A stretch of DNA of 64,000 nucleotides, taken from the NCBI GenBank assembly GCA_963842835.1, contig CAWJIB010000014.1, forward strand, positions 22,665 through 86,664, written 5' to 3'. Numbering within the stretch: position 1 is the first letter of the stretch; each line of letters begins with the position of its first letter. A program made the position numbers and the translations under genes. The notes beneath the pieces are model-generated. The model searched no databases and was not told the DNA's origin. It saw only the letters and a program-made list of their open reading frames with translations. Positions 9,403 to 18,728 of the stretch are shown piece after piece. The stretch is from an uncultured Alphaproteobacteria bacterium (lineage in GTDB: Bacteria; Pseudomonadota; Alphaproteobacteria; Rhizobiales; Beijerinckiaceae).

Positions 9403-10929
9403 TCATTCGCCGAACAGCGCCCGCAGCACGCCCGGCAGCGCCTCGGGCAAATCCTCGGCAATCAATCCCGGTCCGACGGCGCGCGCGCAGGCGCCGTGCA
9501 GCCAGACCGCGGCGCTGGCCGCTTCGAACGCCGGCATGCCCTGCGCGACGAGGCCGCAGGCGAAACCCCCGAGGACATCGCCGGAGCCGGCCGTGGCGAG
9601 GGTCGGCGGCAGATCGTAACCAATCGCGGCGCGCCCATCGGGCGCCGCGACGACGCTGTCGGCGCCCTTGAAGATGACGACGGCGTTCAGCATCGCGGCG
9701 GCGGCGCGGGCGCGCGCCAGCTTGCTGGGCTGCCCGAGGATTTCGGGACGGCCGCGGAACAGCCGGGCGAATTCGCCTTCGTGCGGCGTGAGGATCGTCG
9801 CGCGAGCCTGCTGGGCGATCAGGACGGCGAGGCTCGCCGCGTCGCCGGCGAAGCTCGTCAGCGCGTCGGCGTCGAGCACGATGGCGCGCGCCGCCGCGCT
9901 CGGTTCGGCCAATGCCGCGGCGACGAGCGCGCGCGTCGCGTCGCCGACGCCGGCGCCGGGGCCGAGAAGAATGGCGTTGCGCCTGGGGTCGGCGAGCAGC
10001 GCCGAAAATCCCGCCAGCCCCGAGAAGGGCGCGACCATCACCGCCGTCGAATGGGCGGCGTTGACGAGGACCGCATCCAGGGGGCTGGCGAGCGTGACGA
10101 GGCCCGCTCCGGCGCGCAACGCGGCGCGCGCCGCCATCCGGGCCGCGCCGGTGCGATGCGCGGCGCCGGAGAGGATGAGCGCGGCGCCGCGCGAATATTT
10201 GTGCGAAGCCAAGCCGGGGCGAGGCAGCGCATCGCGCCAGATCGCCGGCGCGTTGACGAAGGCGAGCGGCGCGATGCTTCGCAGCGCGCTCGGCGCGCTG
10301 CCGATCTCCGCGAGCGCGAGGCGCCCGCACAAGGCGCGGCCCGGCAGCAGGAGATGGCCCGGCTTCAGGCGGAAGAACGTGACGCTGGCGCTCGCCTCGA
10401 CCGCTGCGCCGCGCACGGCGCCGGTTTCGCCGTCGACGCCCGAGGGGATGTCGACGCTGAGCACCGGCTTGCCCCGGCGCGCGAACGCGTTGACGGCCTC
10501 GACGCAGCGAAGCGCCGCGCCGTCGAGATCGCGCGAGAGCCCGGCGCCGAAGAGAGCGTCGACGACGAGATCGGCGGCGCTAAGATCGAGCGCCTCGGCG
10601 GGCGCGACCGGCCCCTCCCAGCGCGCCGCCGCCAGCGCGGCGTCGCCGCGCAGCGCCGCGCGCTCGCCCAGGAGGCCGAGGCTGACGCGATAGCCGCGCG
10701 CCGTGAGGAGCCGCGCGGCGACGAAGCCGTCGCCGCCATTGCCCCCCGGTCCGCACAGCGCCGCGATGCGGCCGGCGCTGCGCGCCATCCGCGCCGCTTC
10801 GTCGGCGACCGCGGCGCCGGCGCGCTCCATCAGCGCGATGCCGGGAACGCCGCCGGCGATCGTCAGCCGGTCGGCCTCGCCCATTTCGGCGGGCGTCAGC
10901 AATTCGCAGTGGCGGCGAGGATCGAGCAT
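9403..10929 (-). CDS. nnr: Bifunctional NAD(P)H-hydrate repair enzyme (epimerase / ADP-dependent dehydratase)
   Basis: YjeF-N motif GPGGNGGDG and C-terminal carbohydrate-kinase motif GSGDVLGG. The start is taken at MLDPRRHCELLTPAEM. The track ORF extends to 10965. Confidence 0.88.
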   Translation of the reverse strand: MLDPRRHCELLTPAEMGEADRLTIAGGVPGIALMERAGAAVADEAARMARSAGRIAALCGPGGNGGDGFVAARLLTARGYRVSLGLLGERAALRGDAALAAARWEGPVAPAEALDLSAADLVVDALFGAGLSRDLDGAALRCVEAVNAFARRGKPVLSVDIPSGVDGETGAVRGAAVEASASVTFFRLKPGHLLLPGRALCGRLALAEIGSAPSALRSIAPLAFVNAPAIWRDALPRPGLASHKYSRGAALILSGAAHRTGAARMAARAALRAGAGLVTLASPLDAVLVNAAHSTAVMVAPFSGLAGFSALLADPRRNAILLGPGAGVGDATRALVAAALAEPSAAARAIVLDADALTSFAGDAASLAVLIAQQARATILTPHEGEFARLFRGRPEILGQPSKLARARAAAAMLNAVVIFKGADSVVAAPDGRAAIGYDLPPTLATAGSGDVLGGFACGLVAQGMPAFEAASAAVWLHGACARAVGPGLIAEDLPEALPGVLRALFGE

Positions 10930-11045
10930 GGCGCGAAGAGTGGCGCCGCGACCGCGCGCCGGCAAGGGCCGGCCGGGGGAATTGAAATTTGGCGCTTTTC
11001 ATCGCGCGAATTTCTGCTATATCGCGCCCTCGCGATCCGGCCTGA

Positions 11046-11122
11046 TCCCCGATAGCTCAGCTGGTAGAGCATTCGACTGTTAATCGAATGGTCGCAGGTT
11101 CGAAGTCCTGCTCGGGGAGCCA
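11046..11122 (+). tRNA. tRNA-Asn (anticodon GTT)
   Basis: Acceptor TCCCCGA/TCGGGGA; D-arm GCTC-AGCTGGTA-GAGC; anticodon arm TTCGA-CTGTTAA-TCGAA (GTT); T-arm GCAGG-TTCGAAGT-CCTGC; encoded CCA. By hand-folding the T-loop is 8 nt rather than 7 (see findings). Confidence 0.85.
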
Positions 11123-11246
11123 CCATTTTCAGGGCGTTAGCGCCTGGGCCGCCAACCAAACCCAGGGCCGCTGCGCGAGCGGGACAACGACACGGACAAC
11201 ATTTCCCCAAGCTCGTACTTGGCACCTTCTCGCAGCGGTGACCCGA

Positions 11247-12137
11247 ATGTCTGATGATCCCTATGCGGACCGCAAGAGCCTGACGTTTGAGCAAGCTGAG
11301 GGCATTGACCCTTTGCCCACTCAATTGCAGCCGAAACGGATTTCTCAAGAACTCACTGCGGTACTATGGGCAGCCGTGTACGCGAGCCTGACTAGAACGA
11401 TCAGGCGCGATGATTTGGGCTTTTCGGTTGCTACTATTGGTCCGGAATGGTCGAAGATTATGTTTGACTACCACGTGTTTCACGAACACATGGCTGCGGA
11501 CGACTACAATAACGATGCAGGCCGACTAATACAGACAGCAAAAGGAATAATGTATTCTGGTCAATATTTTCGCATATTTGGTTTTATACAATTTGTATTG
11601 CGACACGAGAACCGACCTCCACAGTTTACCGAGGCAATTGAGGGAGCTCTGAAATTGGCTCGCGCGGGTTACAGAATTGTTGATTGGGATACTATCATTC
11701 CTATTGCGTCGGAGGCCGAGCGATCGACGCTTGAGCGTGCTTTTGCCGATCTCGCGACGTCGGAATTTCACGGCGCGCGAGCGCATTTGCGCGAGGCTGG
11801 AATCACCCTTACCGCCGGAGATTACACGGCGAGCATTCGCGAGAGCATCCACGCCGTCGAGTCCGTCGCGCGCAGCCTTGAGGCGGCTGGCAAACTCAGC
11901 AACGCTTTAGCTATCCTGGAGAAATCCGCAGCAATTCATGGCGGTCTGAAAAGCGGATTCTTGTCGATCTACGGCTATACGAGTGACGAACAGGGTATAC
12001 GACACCCACTTATTGACGGCCCCTCGGCAAAGGTCGACGAGACGGACGCACTATTCATGATTGGAGCGTGCGCCTCCTTTGTATCCTACCTCATCGGCAA
12101 AGCTCGCTCAGCCGGCTTGCTGAAAAAGAAGAATTGA
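11247..12137 (+). CDS. AbiJ-NTD4 / HEPN-like helical protein (putative abortive-infection family), function unknown
   Basis: 296 aa from the first ATG outside the tRNA. The N-terminus (SLTFEQAEGIDPLPTQLQPKRISQELTAVLW) and C-terminal half (YTASIRESIHAVESVARSL...LKSGFLSIYGYTSDEQGIRHPL) resemble AbiJ-NTD4 + HEPN-like proteins as I recall them. GC content is markedly lower than in the flanks. Confidence 0.5.
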   Translation: MSDDPYADRKSLTFEQAEGIDPLPTQLQPKRISQELTAVLWAAVYASLTRTIRRDDLGFSVATIGPEWSKIMFDYHVFHEHMAADDYNNDAGRLIQTAKGIMYSGQYFRIFGFIQFVLRHENRPPQFTEAIEGALKLARAGYRIVDWDTIIPIASEAERSTLERAFADLATSEFHGARAHLREAGITLTAGDYTASIRESIHAVESVARSLEAAGKLSNALAILEKSAAIHGGLKSGFLSIYGYTSDEQGIRHPLIDGPSAKVDETDALFMIGACASFVSYLIGKARSAGLLKKKN

Positions 12138-12171
12138 GAGAAACGGGAACAGCCGCTCGACGCAATCGAAA

Positions 12172-12206
12172 CGGCCGCCGATTCGCCTGGCGGCCGGCCG
12201 GCTTTT
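12172..12206 (+). terminator. Hairpin between the convergent islet genes (possible terminator)
   Basis: Stem CGGCCGCC (12172-12179) / GGCGGCCG (12189-12196) with a 9-nt loop. A TTTT run sits at 12203-12206, not immediately adjacent to the stem. Confidence 0.35.
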
Positions 12207-12228
12207 CGGGGCGCGCTTCGACGCCGCG

Positions 12229-13452
12229 TCATCCGTCTCGCGCCGTGTCGTCGCTCGCAAGGAACGGTGCGATCGAGCGCATGAACGGCGGCAAGCCATC
12301 CTTCTCGAACTGAGCCATTGACGCCTTGCGATTCACCTCCATGCGCTCGAGGAGTTCCCTCGCGGCCGCTTCCTTCGCAGGTGGAAACGGTGCCGCCATT
12401 ATTTCGTCGAGCGTACCGGACAGCTGTCGCTCGACGCCGGAGAACGAGAAGTCGCTCTCCCAGCCGTGCTCGAAAACGTAGCTCAAGACGGCGAGGCAAC
12501 CGGGGGGAAGCGCGTCGCCCTTCCGGGCCTGGGAGTAGAGCCATAGGATGACATCCGCGATCTGGATCCCTGGGCACTGGGAATCCTCGAGCACGCTGAA
12601 GTTGCTGCCGGGTACCTTCTGCATGCGATAGCTCTCGCCGACCCAGCGGATCTCCTCGGGTGACGCATTGGCGAACAGCCCGTGCCAAGCCTCGAGCGTT
12701 TTCTGGAATTCACTCTGCTGGTCGTGAGAGATTCTCGCCATCGGACGGTTCCAGCGCCTGCAGAAATCGTCCAAACCGCTCAGCAGATTCGAAAACGCGA
12801 CGAGATTGGGGAAATGCCCCTGCCTCGCGGTCTTCTTGTCAGTGTGGATCTGGATCGCCCTCGGATGGGTCCGAGCCCATTCAAGGCCCTCTCCAATCAC
12901 TTGCCGCGATCTCTCGTCGGGAACCCGGCCGATGTTCCGCTGCAACGCCTCACAAACCTGCGGCAGCATATCGTATGCCTTCCTCTCGTTAGGTTCGAGG
13001 ATGCATTTCCAGAACCGCCTCGCTGTGTCCTCGTCGATCATGACCGCCAGTTTGAATGCGAAGATCAGGCGCAATGGTCGGATATTGTAATGGTGCCAGC
13101 CGACGGCCGCGTTCTCTCCAGAATCCAAGAGGGAGTCGAACATCTTGCTTGCGAGCAAATACTTCTTTTCCACGCGCGAGACGAAGAAGTGCGCCCTCGC
13201 GCTCTCGAAGAGCCGAATTAGGTCCGTCGCGACGCTTTCCAGGCGGTAGACGCCCAGATCCTTGCCGTGCAATGAGCCCGCGCCGAATGCCGCCGCGATG
13301 TCGCGCGTGCGCTTCCCGAAGGCGACATCGAAGTCTCCTTTGGTGATTAGCGCGCCCGTGAAGAAATCCGGCTGATCACGGTCGAATAGATTATGACCCG
13401 TGTTTCCGGTCTCATCCACGTACGCGTAGATAGGCAACTTCGATTCGCCCAT
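12229..13452 (-). CDS. DUF3800 domain protein with C-terminal extension, function unknown
   Basis: 407 aa from MGESKLPIYAYVDETGN. Shows the DUF3800 hallmarks: an N-terminal (Y/I)xDE(S/T)G acidic motif and a C-terminal GIQIADVILW (QxADxxxW). The track ORF start at 13500 adds 16 aa. Confidence 0.65.
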   Translation of the reverse strand: MGESKLPIYAYVDETGNTGHNLFDRDQPDFFTGALITKGDFDVAFGKRTRDIAAAFGAGSLHGKDLGVYRLESVATDLIRLFESARAHFFVSRVEKKYLLASKMFDSLLDSGENAAVGWHHYNIRPLRLIFAFKLAVMIDEDTARRFWKCILEPNERKAYDMLPQVCEALQRNIGRVPDERSRQVIGEGLEWARTHPRAIQIHTDKKTARQGHFPNLVAFSNLLSGLDDFCRRWNRPMARISHDQQSEFQKTLEAWHGLFANASPEEIRWVGESYRMQKVPGSNFSVLEDSQCPGIQIADVILWLYSQARKGDALPPGCLAVLSYVFEHGWESDFSFSGVERQLSGTLDEIMAAPFPPAKEAAARELLERMEVNRKASMAQFEKDGLPPFMRSIAPFLASDDTARDG

Positions 13453-13658
13453 TCCCAGATTCCGCTCTCGGCCGATGAGGCGGGACAGATTACCACGCAT
13501 GCGAGGGCACCGTCGCGTGGCGTTCCCGCCTTTCGCGGCAGCGCTCTGCGCGAGACAAGCAAAAGGCGAGAGACGCCTTTAAGCTGCGACAGCAGTTGCT
13601 CGCTCCCTGAGCCGAGCGCGCTGCTATCGCCGGCCATGCCCGCGACCAAGCGCCGCCG

Positions 13659-13835
13659 CCCCCCAATCGACGGCCGCTTCATAACGACAAAGCCCGCGCG
13701 CTCGAGGTGCTCCACAAGCCGCTTGGCGACGATCGCCGCCATCATCTCCCCAGCGTCGCGCTCGCGCTTGCGACCGTCGAAGCGCAGTGCGAACGCCAGG
13801 GCGTCGGCGAGGTCTTCGGGCGAGGCGGGCGTAAG
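13659..13835 (-). pseudogene. Possible relic of a small conserved alphaproteobacterial ORF (no canonical start, no nearby stop)
   Basis: In-frame peptide LTPASPEDLADALAFALRFDGRKRERDAGEMMAAIVAKRLVEHLERAGFVVMKRPSIGG. It looks like a short conserved hypothetical protein I recall from Rhizobiales. No ATG, GTG or TTG precedes it, and the frame runs on to 13347 into the DUF3800 gene. Confidence 0.25.
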
Positions 13836-13858
13836 GCAATCGCGCGCTCCGCCCCTGC

Positions 13859-15472
13859 TCAGCCCGCCGGACGCCCGCCAGCCGATTCGGCGCCCGGCGC
13901 GCCGTGCAGGTAGCGCTGGCGCAATTCGCGCTTGAGCAGCTTTCCGCTCGGGTTTCTCGGGAGATGGTCGACGAAGATGACGCGTTTGGGGACCTTGAAA
14001 TGGGCCATCGACCGGGCGCAATGTTCGACCACCGCCTCTTCGGCCAGCGTCTGGCCGGCCTTGACGACGACAACCGCGGCGACCGCCTCGATCCAGCGCG
14101 GGTCGGGAAGGCCGATCACCGCCACTTCCGACACTTGCGGCAGGCGATAGATCGTTTCCTCGACTTCGCGGCTGGCGACGTTCTCGCCGCCGCTCTTGAT
14201 CATGTCCTTCAGGCGATCGACGACGGTGATGTAGCCCTCGTCGTCGACGGTGGCGAGATCGCCGCTGTGAAACCAGCCGCCGGCGAAGGCGGCCGCCGTT
14301 TTGTCCGGCGCGTCGTAATAGCCCGACAACAGATGCGGCGAACGATGCACGATTTCTCCGATCTCGCCGGGAGACACGTCCTCCATCGCGGCGTTCACCA
14401 CGCGGGTCTCGACATTGAGCGCGGGCTTGCCCGCCGATCCGGCTTTGCGCAATTGATCTTCCGGCTTCAGCACCGTGGCGAGCGGCGCGATTTCGGTCTG
14501 GCCGTAAAAGTTCCACAGCCGCACCTGCGGCAATCGGCGCTGGAGCTCGAGCAGAACCTCGACCGGCATGATCGAGGCGCCGTAGTAGCCCTTGCGCAAG
14601 CTCGATAGGTTGGCCCGGTCGAAGGCGGGCGAGCGCAACATGCCGATCCAGACGGTCGGCGGGGCGAAGAAAGACGTCACGCCGTGGGTTTCGATCAGCG
14701 ACAGGATCAAATCGGGGACGGGCTTGCCGGTGACGACGCTCGTCGCGCCGAGATAGATCGCCGGGCCGAGGAAAACGTCGAGCTGCGCGCAGTGATAAAG
14801 CGGCAGCGCGTGCAGGACCAGATCGTCGTCCGACATGCCGCCGTCGACGATGCAGCTCACATATTGCCACATGACCGCATCATGCGTGAGCATCGCGCCC
14901 TTGGGCAGAGATTCGGTGCCGCTGGTGTAGATGATCTGCGCCAGATCCCGGCCGTCGACCGCGACCGCCGGCGCGGACGCGTCGGCGTCCAAGAGATCGT
15001 CGAACGTCGTGATGTCGGCCGGCGGCTCGGACCGCTCCTCCGCCGGCAGCCAGACGAAGCTGCGGACGGCGCAGCCCGTCGCGGCCGCCACCCGCCCGGT
15101 CTCGACGAATTCCGGGCCGACGGCGAGGATCTTGGCGCCTGAGCTGGCGAGAATGAAGCGGATCTCTTCGGGGTTGAGCATGAAATTGATCGGCACGAGG
15201 ACCGCGCCGATCCGGGCGATCGCAAAACGAATCGCCACGAAGGCGTGGGAATTGCGCGCGAGCACCGCGATCCGCTCGCCCTTGGCGGCGCCGAGCCCGA
15301 TGAGGCCGCGGCCGAGCCGATTGCACAGCGCGTCGAGTTGCGCATACGTCCAGACCGTGTCGCCGCAGCGAATCGCTGTGCGGCTAGCGAAGCGCCGCGC
15401 CGAACGGCGCAACAGGTCGCCGATGCTCTGCTCTCTCGCGCGTCGAACGGCGCCCTCGACATCCTCGCTCAT
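13859..15472 (-). CDS. AMP-dependent acyl-CoA synthetase/ligase
   Basis: 537 aa from MSEDVEGAV, with GGAGG about 8 nt upstream. AMP-binding motif YTSGTESLPKGA, plus GWFHSGD and the C-terminal PRNPSGKLLKREL. Confidence 0.9.
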   Translation of the reverse strand: MSEDVEGAVRRAREQSIGDLLRRSARRFASRTAIRCGDTVWTYAQLDALCNRLGRGLIGLGAAKGERIAVLARNSHAFVAIRFAIARIGAVLVPINFMLNPEEIRFILASSGAKILAVGPEFVETGRVAAATGCAVRSFVWLPAEERSEPPADITTFDDLLDADASAPAVAVDGRDLAQIIYTSGTESLPKGAMLTHDAVMWQYVSCIVDGGMSDDDLVLHALPLYHCAQLDVFLGPAIYLGATSVVTGKPVPDLILSLIETHGVTSFFAPPTVWIGMLRSPAFDRANLSSLRKGYYGASIMPVEVLLELQRRLPQVRLWNFYGQTEIAPLATVLKPEDQLRKAGSAGKPALNVETRVVNAAMEDVSPGEIGEIVHRSPHLLSGYYDAPDKTAAAFAGGWFHSGDLATVDDEGYITVVDRLKDMIKSGGENVASREVEETIYRLPQVSEVAVIGLPDPRWIEAVAAVVVVKAGQTLAEEAVVEHCARSMAHFKVPKRVIFVDHLPRNPSGKLLKRELRQRYLHGAPGAESAGGRPAG

Positions 15473-15723
15473 AGGCGTTCCTCCCCCTTGTCTTGTCGTT
15501 CGCAACGCCGGCGTCCGGAATAACCGAGCGTTCCAGCCGCATCCGAGCAAGGGTAGATCAAAGACGCGCTTCGCATAAAGCGCAATCCTGAAACTGCGAA
15601 TGACGCGGCGATCGCGCGGGCGGACTTACGTCGCCGCGGCCGAAGCCGCATCGGCGCGAGGCTATGCGGCGATGCTTTTGGGCGGTGAGCAAGGCGGCTC
15701 TGCGATTCCCGCCTCGCCCCGCC

Positions 15724-18306
15724 TCAATCCTCCTCCTCGCCCGCGAACGCCCCGCGGTCCACTCCGTTTCCGATCAGGATTTCGCGTTTGCCCGCGTGGT
15801 TCGCCGGTCCGACGACGCCCTCCTGCTCCATGCGCTCGACCAGCGAGGCGGCCTTGTTGTAGCCGACGGAGAGGCGTCGCTGGATGTAGCTCGTCGAGCA
15901 TTTGCGGTCGCGCAGCACGATGTTGACCGCGCGGTCGTAATAGTCGCCCGCCTCCTCGGCGTCCATCGAGCCGAGCGATCCGGCCGGCGCGGCCTCGACG
16001 TCGTCGTCCTCCGAGGAATCCTCCTCGGTGATCGCGGTCAGATATTCCGGCTGGCCCTGGGTCTTGAGATGGGCGACGATCTTTTCCACTTCGTCGTCGG
16101 CGACGAAGGGGCCGTGCACGCGCGAAATGCGCCCTCCGCCCGCCATGTACAGCATGTCGCCCTGGCCGAGCAGCTGCTCGGCGCCTTGCTCGCCCAGGAT
16201 CGTGCGGCTGTCGATCTTGCTCGTCACCTGGAAGGAGACGCGGGTGGGGAAATTCGCCTTGATGGTGCCGGTGATGACGTCGACCGAGGGGCGCTGGGTC
16301 GCCATGATGAGATGGATGCCCGCGGCGCGCGCCATTTGCGCGAGGCGCTGGATCGCGCCCTCGATGTCCTTGCCGGCGACCATCATCAGGTCGGCCATTT
16401 CGTCGACGAAGACGACGATGTAGGGCAGTTCGGAGAGATCCATCTCCTCCTGCTCGTAGATCGCCTCGCCGGTCTCCCGGTCGAAGCCGGTCTGCACCGT
16501 GCGCGTGATCGCCTCGCCCTTGGCGCTCGCCTCGGCGACGCGCGCATTGAAGCCGTCGATGTTGCGCACGCCGACCTTCGACATCTTCTTGTAGCGGTCC
16601 TCCATTTCGCGCACCGCCCATTTCAGCGCGACCACCGCCTTCTTGGGATCGGTGACGACGGGGGTCAGCAGATGCGGGATGCCGTCATAGACGGAAAGCT
16701 CCAGCATCTTCGGATCGACCATGATGAGCCGGCATTGCTCGGGCTTGAGGCGATAGAGCAGGCTCATCACCATCGTGTTGATCGCCACCGACTTGCCCGA
16801 GCCGGTGGTGCCGGCGACCAAGAGATGCGGCATGCGCGCGAGATCGACGATCACCGGTTCGCCGCCGATCGTCTTGCCGAGCGCGATGGCGAGGCGGTGC
16901 TTGGATTTCTCGAAATCCTGGCTCGCCAGCAATTCGCGTAGGTAAACCGTCTCGCGCCGCTGGTTGGGCAGTTCGATGCCGATGGCGTTGCGTCCCTGGA
17001 CGACGGCGACGCGCGCCGAGATCGCCGACATCGAGCGCGCGATGTCGTCAGCGAGGCCGATGACGCGCGACGACTTGATGCCGGGCGCCGGTTCGAGTTC
17101 GTAGAGCGTGACGACCGGGCCTGGCCGCACGTTGATGATTTCGCCCTTGACGCCGAAATCGTCGAGCACGCCCTCCAGGAGCCGCGCGTTCTGCTCCAGC
17201 GCGTCTTCGGAAATCTTCGAGGCGACGAGCTTCTTGGGCTCGGCGAGCATGGCGAGCGGGGGCAATTGATAGGCGCCGCGGTCGAGCAGCGAGAGCTGCG
17301 CTTCGCTGACGGCGCGGCGTCCGACCTTGAGCGCGCCGGCCGGCGCGGCGACGCGCGAGAGCGGCGCGCCGGCGCCCAGGCCGGCCGAGGGCGGCGTCGA
17401 GGCCGCGCTCGCGCCCTGACGGGTCATCGGCGGCTCGACGCGCGCCTCGGATCGCGGCGCGAACGCGGCGAGGTCGGCGGCGAAATCGTCGGGTTCGCGG
17501 CCGAGCCAGGGCGCGCGCGGCGCCGGGCCGGAGGACGCCGGGCGTGTCGTCTTGCGAGTGAAAAAGCGGCGCAGCGCGCTTCTGACGCTCAGCGCGGTGT
17601 GGATCACGGCGCCGATCGAGACGAGTCCGAGACCCGGCTCTCCGTCGCTGTCTTCGTCGTCGCCGTCATAGCGGTCCGGCGCGCGCCGCGTCGGCGCGGT
17701 CTTGGCCGTGGGCGCCGCGTCGTCGGCGTCGGCGTCCGCGGAGGGCATCAGGTGGTATCCCGCCGCGGCCGTCAGGGCGAGGATGGCCAGCCCCGCCAGC
17801 GTCAGTCCGACGATCGCCAAGCCGAGCGCGGACCCGGCGAGAACATGTCGCGGCGTCCACAGCACGGCGTCGCCGACGACGCCGCCGAGGCCGGTGGGCA
17901 GCGGCCAGCTCGCCGGCGCAGGCAGCAACGAGGCGCAACCGGCCGCCAGCGTCGATCCGGCGAGCCAGAGCGCGAGTTTGCTTCGGACCCGTTCGAGGCG
18001 CTTGAGCGTGACGAGCCGCCAGCCCCAGAATGCGGGCGCGATCAGCGCGACGACGCAGGCGAGTCCGAAAAATTGCATTGCGATATCGGCGACGACCGCG
18101 CCGGGGCGGCCCAGGAGATTGTGGATCGGCGTCGCCGTCGCGTGATTGAGGCTGGGGTCGGCGACCGACCATGTCAGCAGCGCGGCGCAGGAGGCCGCGA
18201 GGCTGGCCAGCACGCAGACGCCAATCAGCTCGGCCACCCGTCGTTTCGGCACTTCGCGCAGCGAGTCGGGCAGATAGTCGAAGAACGTGAATGTCGTGGT
18301 ACGCAT
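15724..18306 (-). CDS. ftsK: DNA translocase FtsK
   Basis: 860 aa. N-terminal TM helices, a Pro/Ala-rich linker, Walker A GTTGSGKS and a C-terminal gamma wHTH domain ([24 protein letters not shown]). Confidence 0.96.
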   Translation of the reverse strand: MRTTTFTFFDYLPDSLREVPKRRVAELIGVCVLASLAASCAALLTWSVADPSLNHATATPIHNLLGRPGAVVADIAMQFFGLACVVALIAPAFWGWRLVTLKRLERVRSKLALWLAGSTLAAGCASLLPAPASWPLPTGLGGVVGDAVLWTPRHVLAGSALGLAIVGLTLAGLAILALTAAAGYHLMPSADADADDAAPTAKTAPTRRAPDRYDGDDEDSDGEPGLGLVSIGAVIHTALSVRSALRRFFTRKTTRPASSGPAPRAPWLGREPDDFAADLAAFAPRSEARVEPPMTRQGASAASTPPSAGLGAGAPLSRVAAPAGALKVGRRAVSEAQLSLLDRGAYQLPPLAMLAEPKKLVASKISEDALEQNARLLEGVLDDFGVKGEIINVRPGPVVTLYELEPAPGIKSSRVIGLADDIARSMSAISARVAVVQGRNAIGIELPNQRRETVYLRELLASQDFEKSKHRLAIALGKTIGGEPVIVDLARMPHLLVAGTTGSGKSVAINTMVMSLLYRLKPEQCRLIMVDPKMLELSVYDGIPHLLTPVVTDPKKAVVALKWAVREMEDRYKKMSKVGVRNIDGFNARVAEASAKGEAITRTVQTGFDRETGEAIYEQEEMDLSELPYIVVFVDEMADLMMVAGKDIEGAIQRLAQMARAAGIHLIMATQRPSVDVITGTIKANFPTRVSFQVTSKIDSRTILGEQGAEQLLGQGDMLYMAGGGRISRVHGPFVADDEVEKIVAHLKTQGQPEYLTAITEEDSSEDDDVEAAPAGSLGSMDAEEAGDYYDRAVNIVLRDRKCSTSYIQRRLSVGYNKAASLVERMEQEGVVGPANHAGKREILIGNGVDRGAFAGEEED

Positions 18307-18390
18307 AGGGCAACGCTCTACCGCCGCCGCGGCAAGGGCCGCGCTCGCCGATGAACCTAGGCGCGCGGAGTTAATGTCCGCCTAACCTTA

Positions 18391-18579
18391 ATGAAGCTGG
18401 TCCATTTCGGCCCGGCCGAAATGGCGCAGGCGAGACCGCCCGTCTATGTCGTCAACGAAATCGAGGTGAAGGATCCTGCGGCGTTCAAGCGATACGCGGA
18501 CGCACAGAGCGAACTCAAGGCGGCCCGAGACCAGGCGTCGATTTTCCACGCGTTCGCGGTCGAGGGCTTGCCGAACTAA
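18391..18579 (+). pseudogene. Truncated DUF1330-like ORF
   Basis: 62-aa ORF. PPVYVVNEIEVKDPAAFKRYA resembles a DUF1330 N-terminus, and ...AFAVEGLP resembles its C-terminal end. It is roughly half the length I recall for the family. Confidence 0.3.
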
Positions 18580-18645
18580 GCGACGCACGGCCTGTCCGCC
18601 CCGTTCGGCCGATTTCGCCGGCCCCGGGCCGACGACCCGATCACA

Positions 18646-18721
18646 CGAAAAAAAGGACGCCCGAGGGGCGTCCGAGTTTGGGAGGAAACGGGGGATCCGG
18701 CGGCGCCAGGCCGCCGGATCC
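18646..18721 (-). terminator. Tandem hairpins / rho-independent terminator downstream of amtB
   Basis: Perfect 12-bp stem GGATCCGGCGGC (18693-18704) / GCCGCCGGATCC (18710-18721). Then GGACGCCC (18655-18662) / GGGCGTCC (18666-18673), followed on the minus strand by a T7 run. Confidence 0.8.
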
Positions 18722-18728
18722 GATTGCC

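Noticed and set aside
11088-11246. Track ORF start at 11088 for the AbiJ-like gene.
   Set aside because: The ATG lies inside tRNA-Asn. The first start outside the tRNA (11247) was used instead.
11123-13650. Search for an integrase, transposase or att direct repeat (copy of the tRNA-Asn 3' end) delimiting the islet.
   Set aside because: I found none by eye, so the segment is not called a mobile element or integrative island. It is described only as a compositionally foreign islet.
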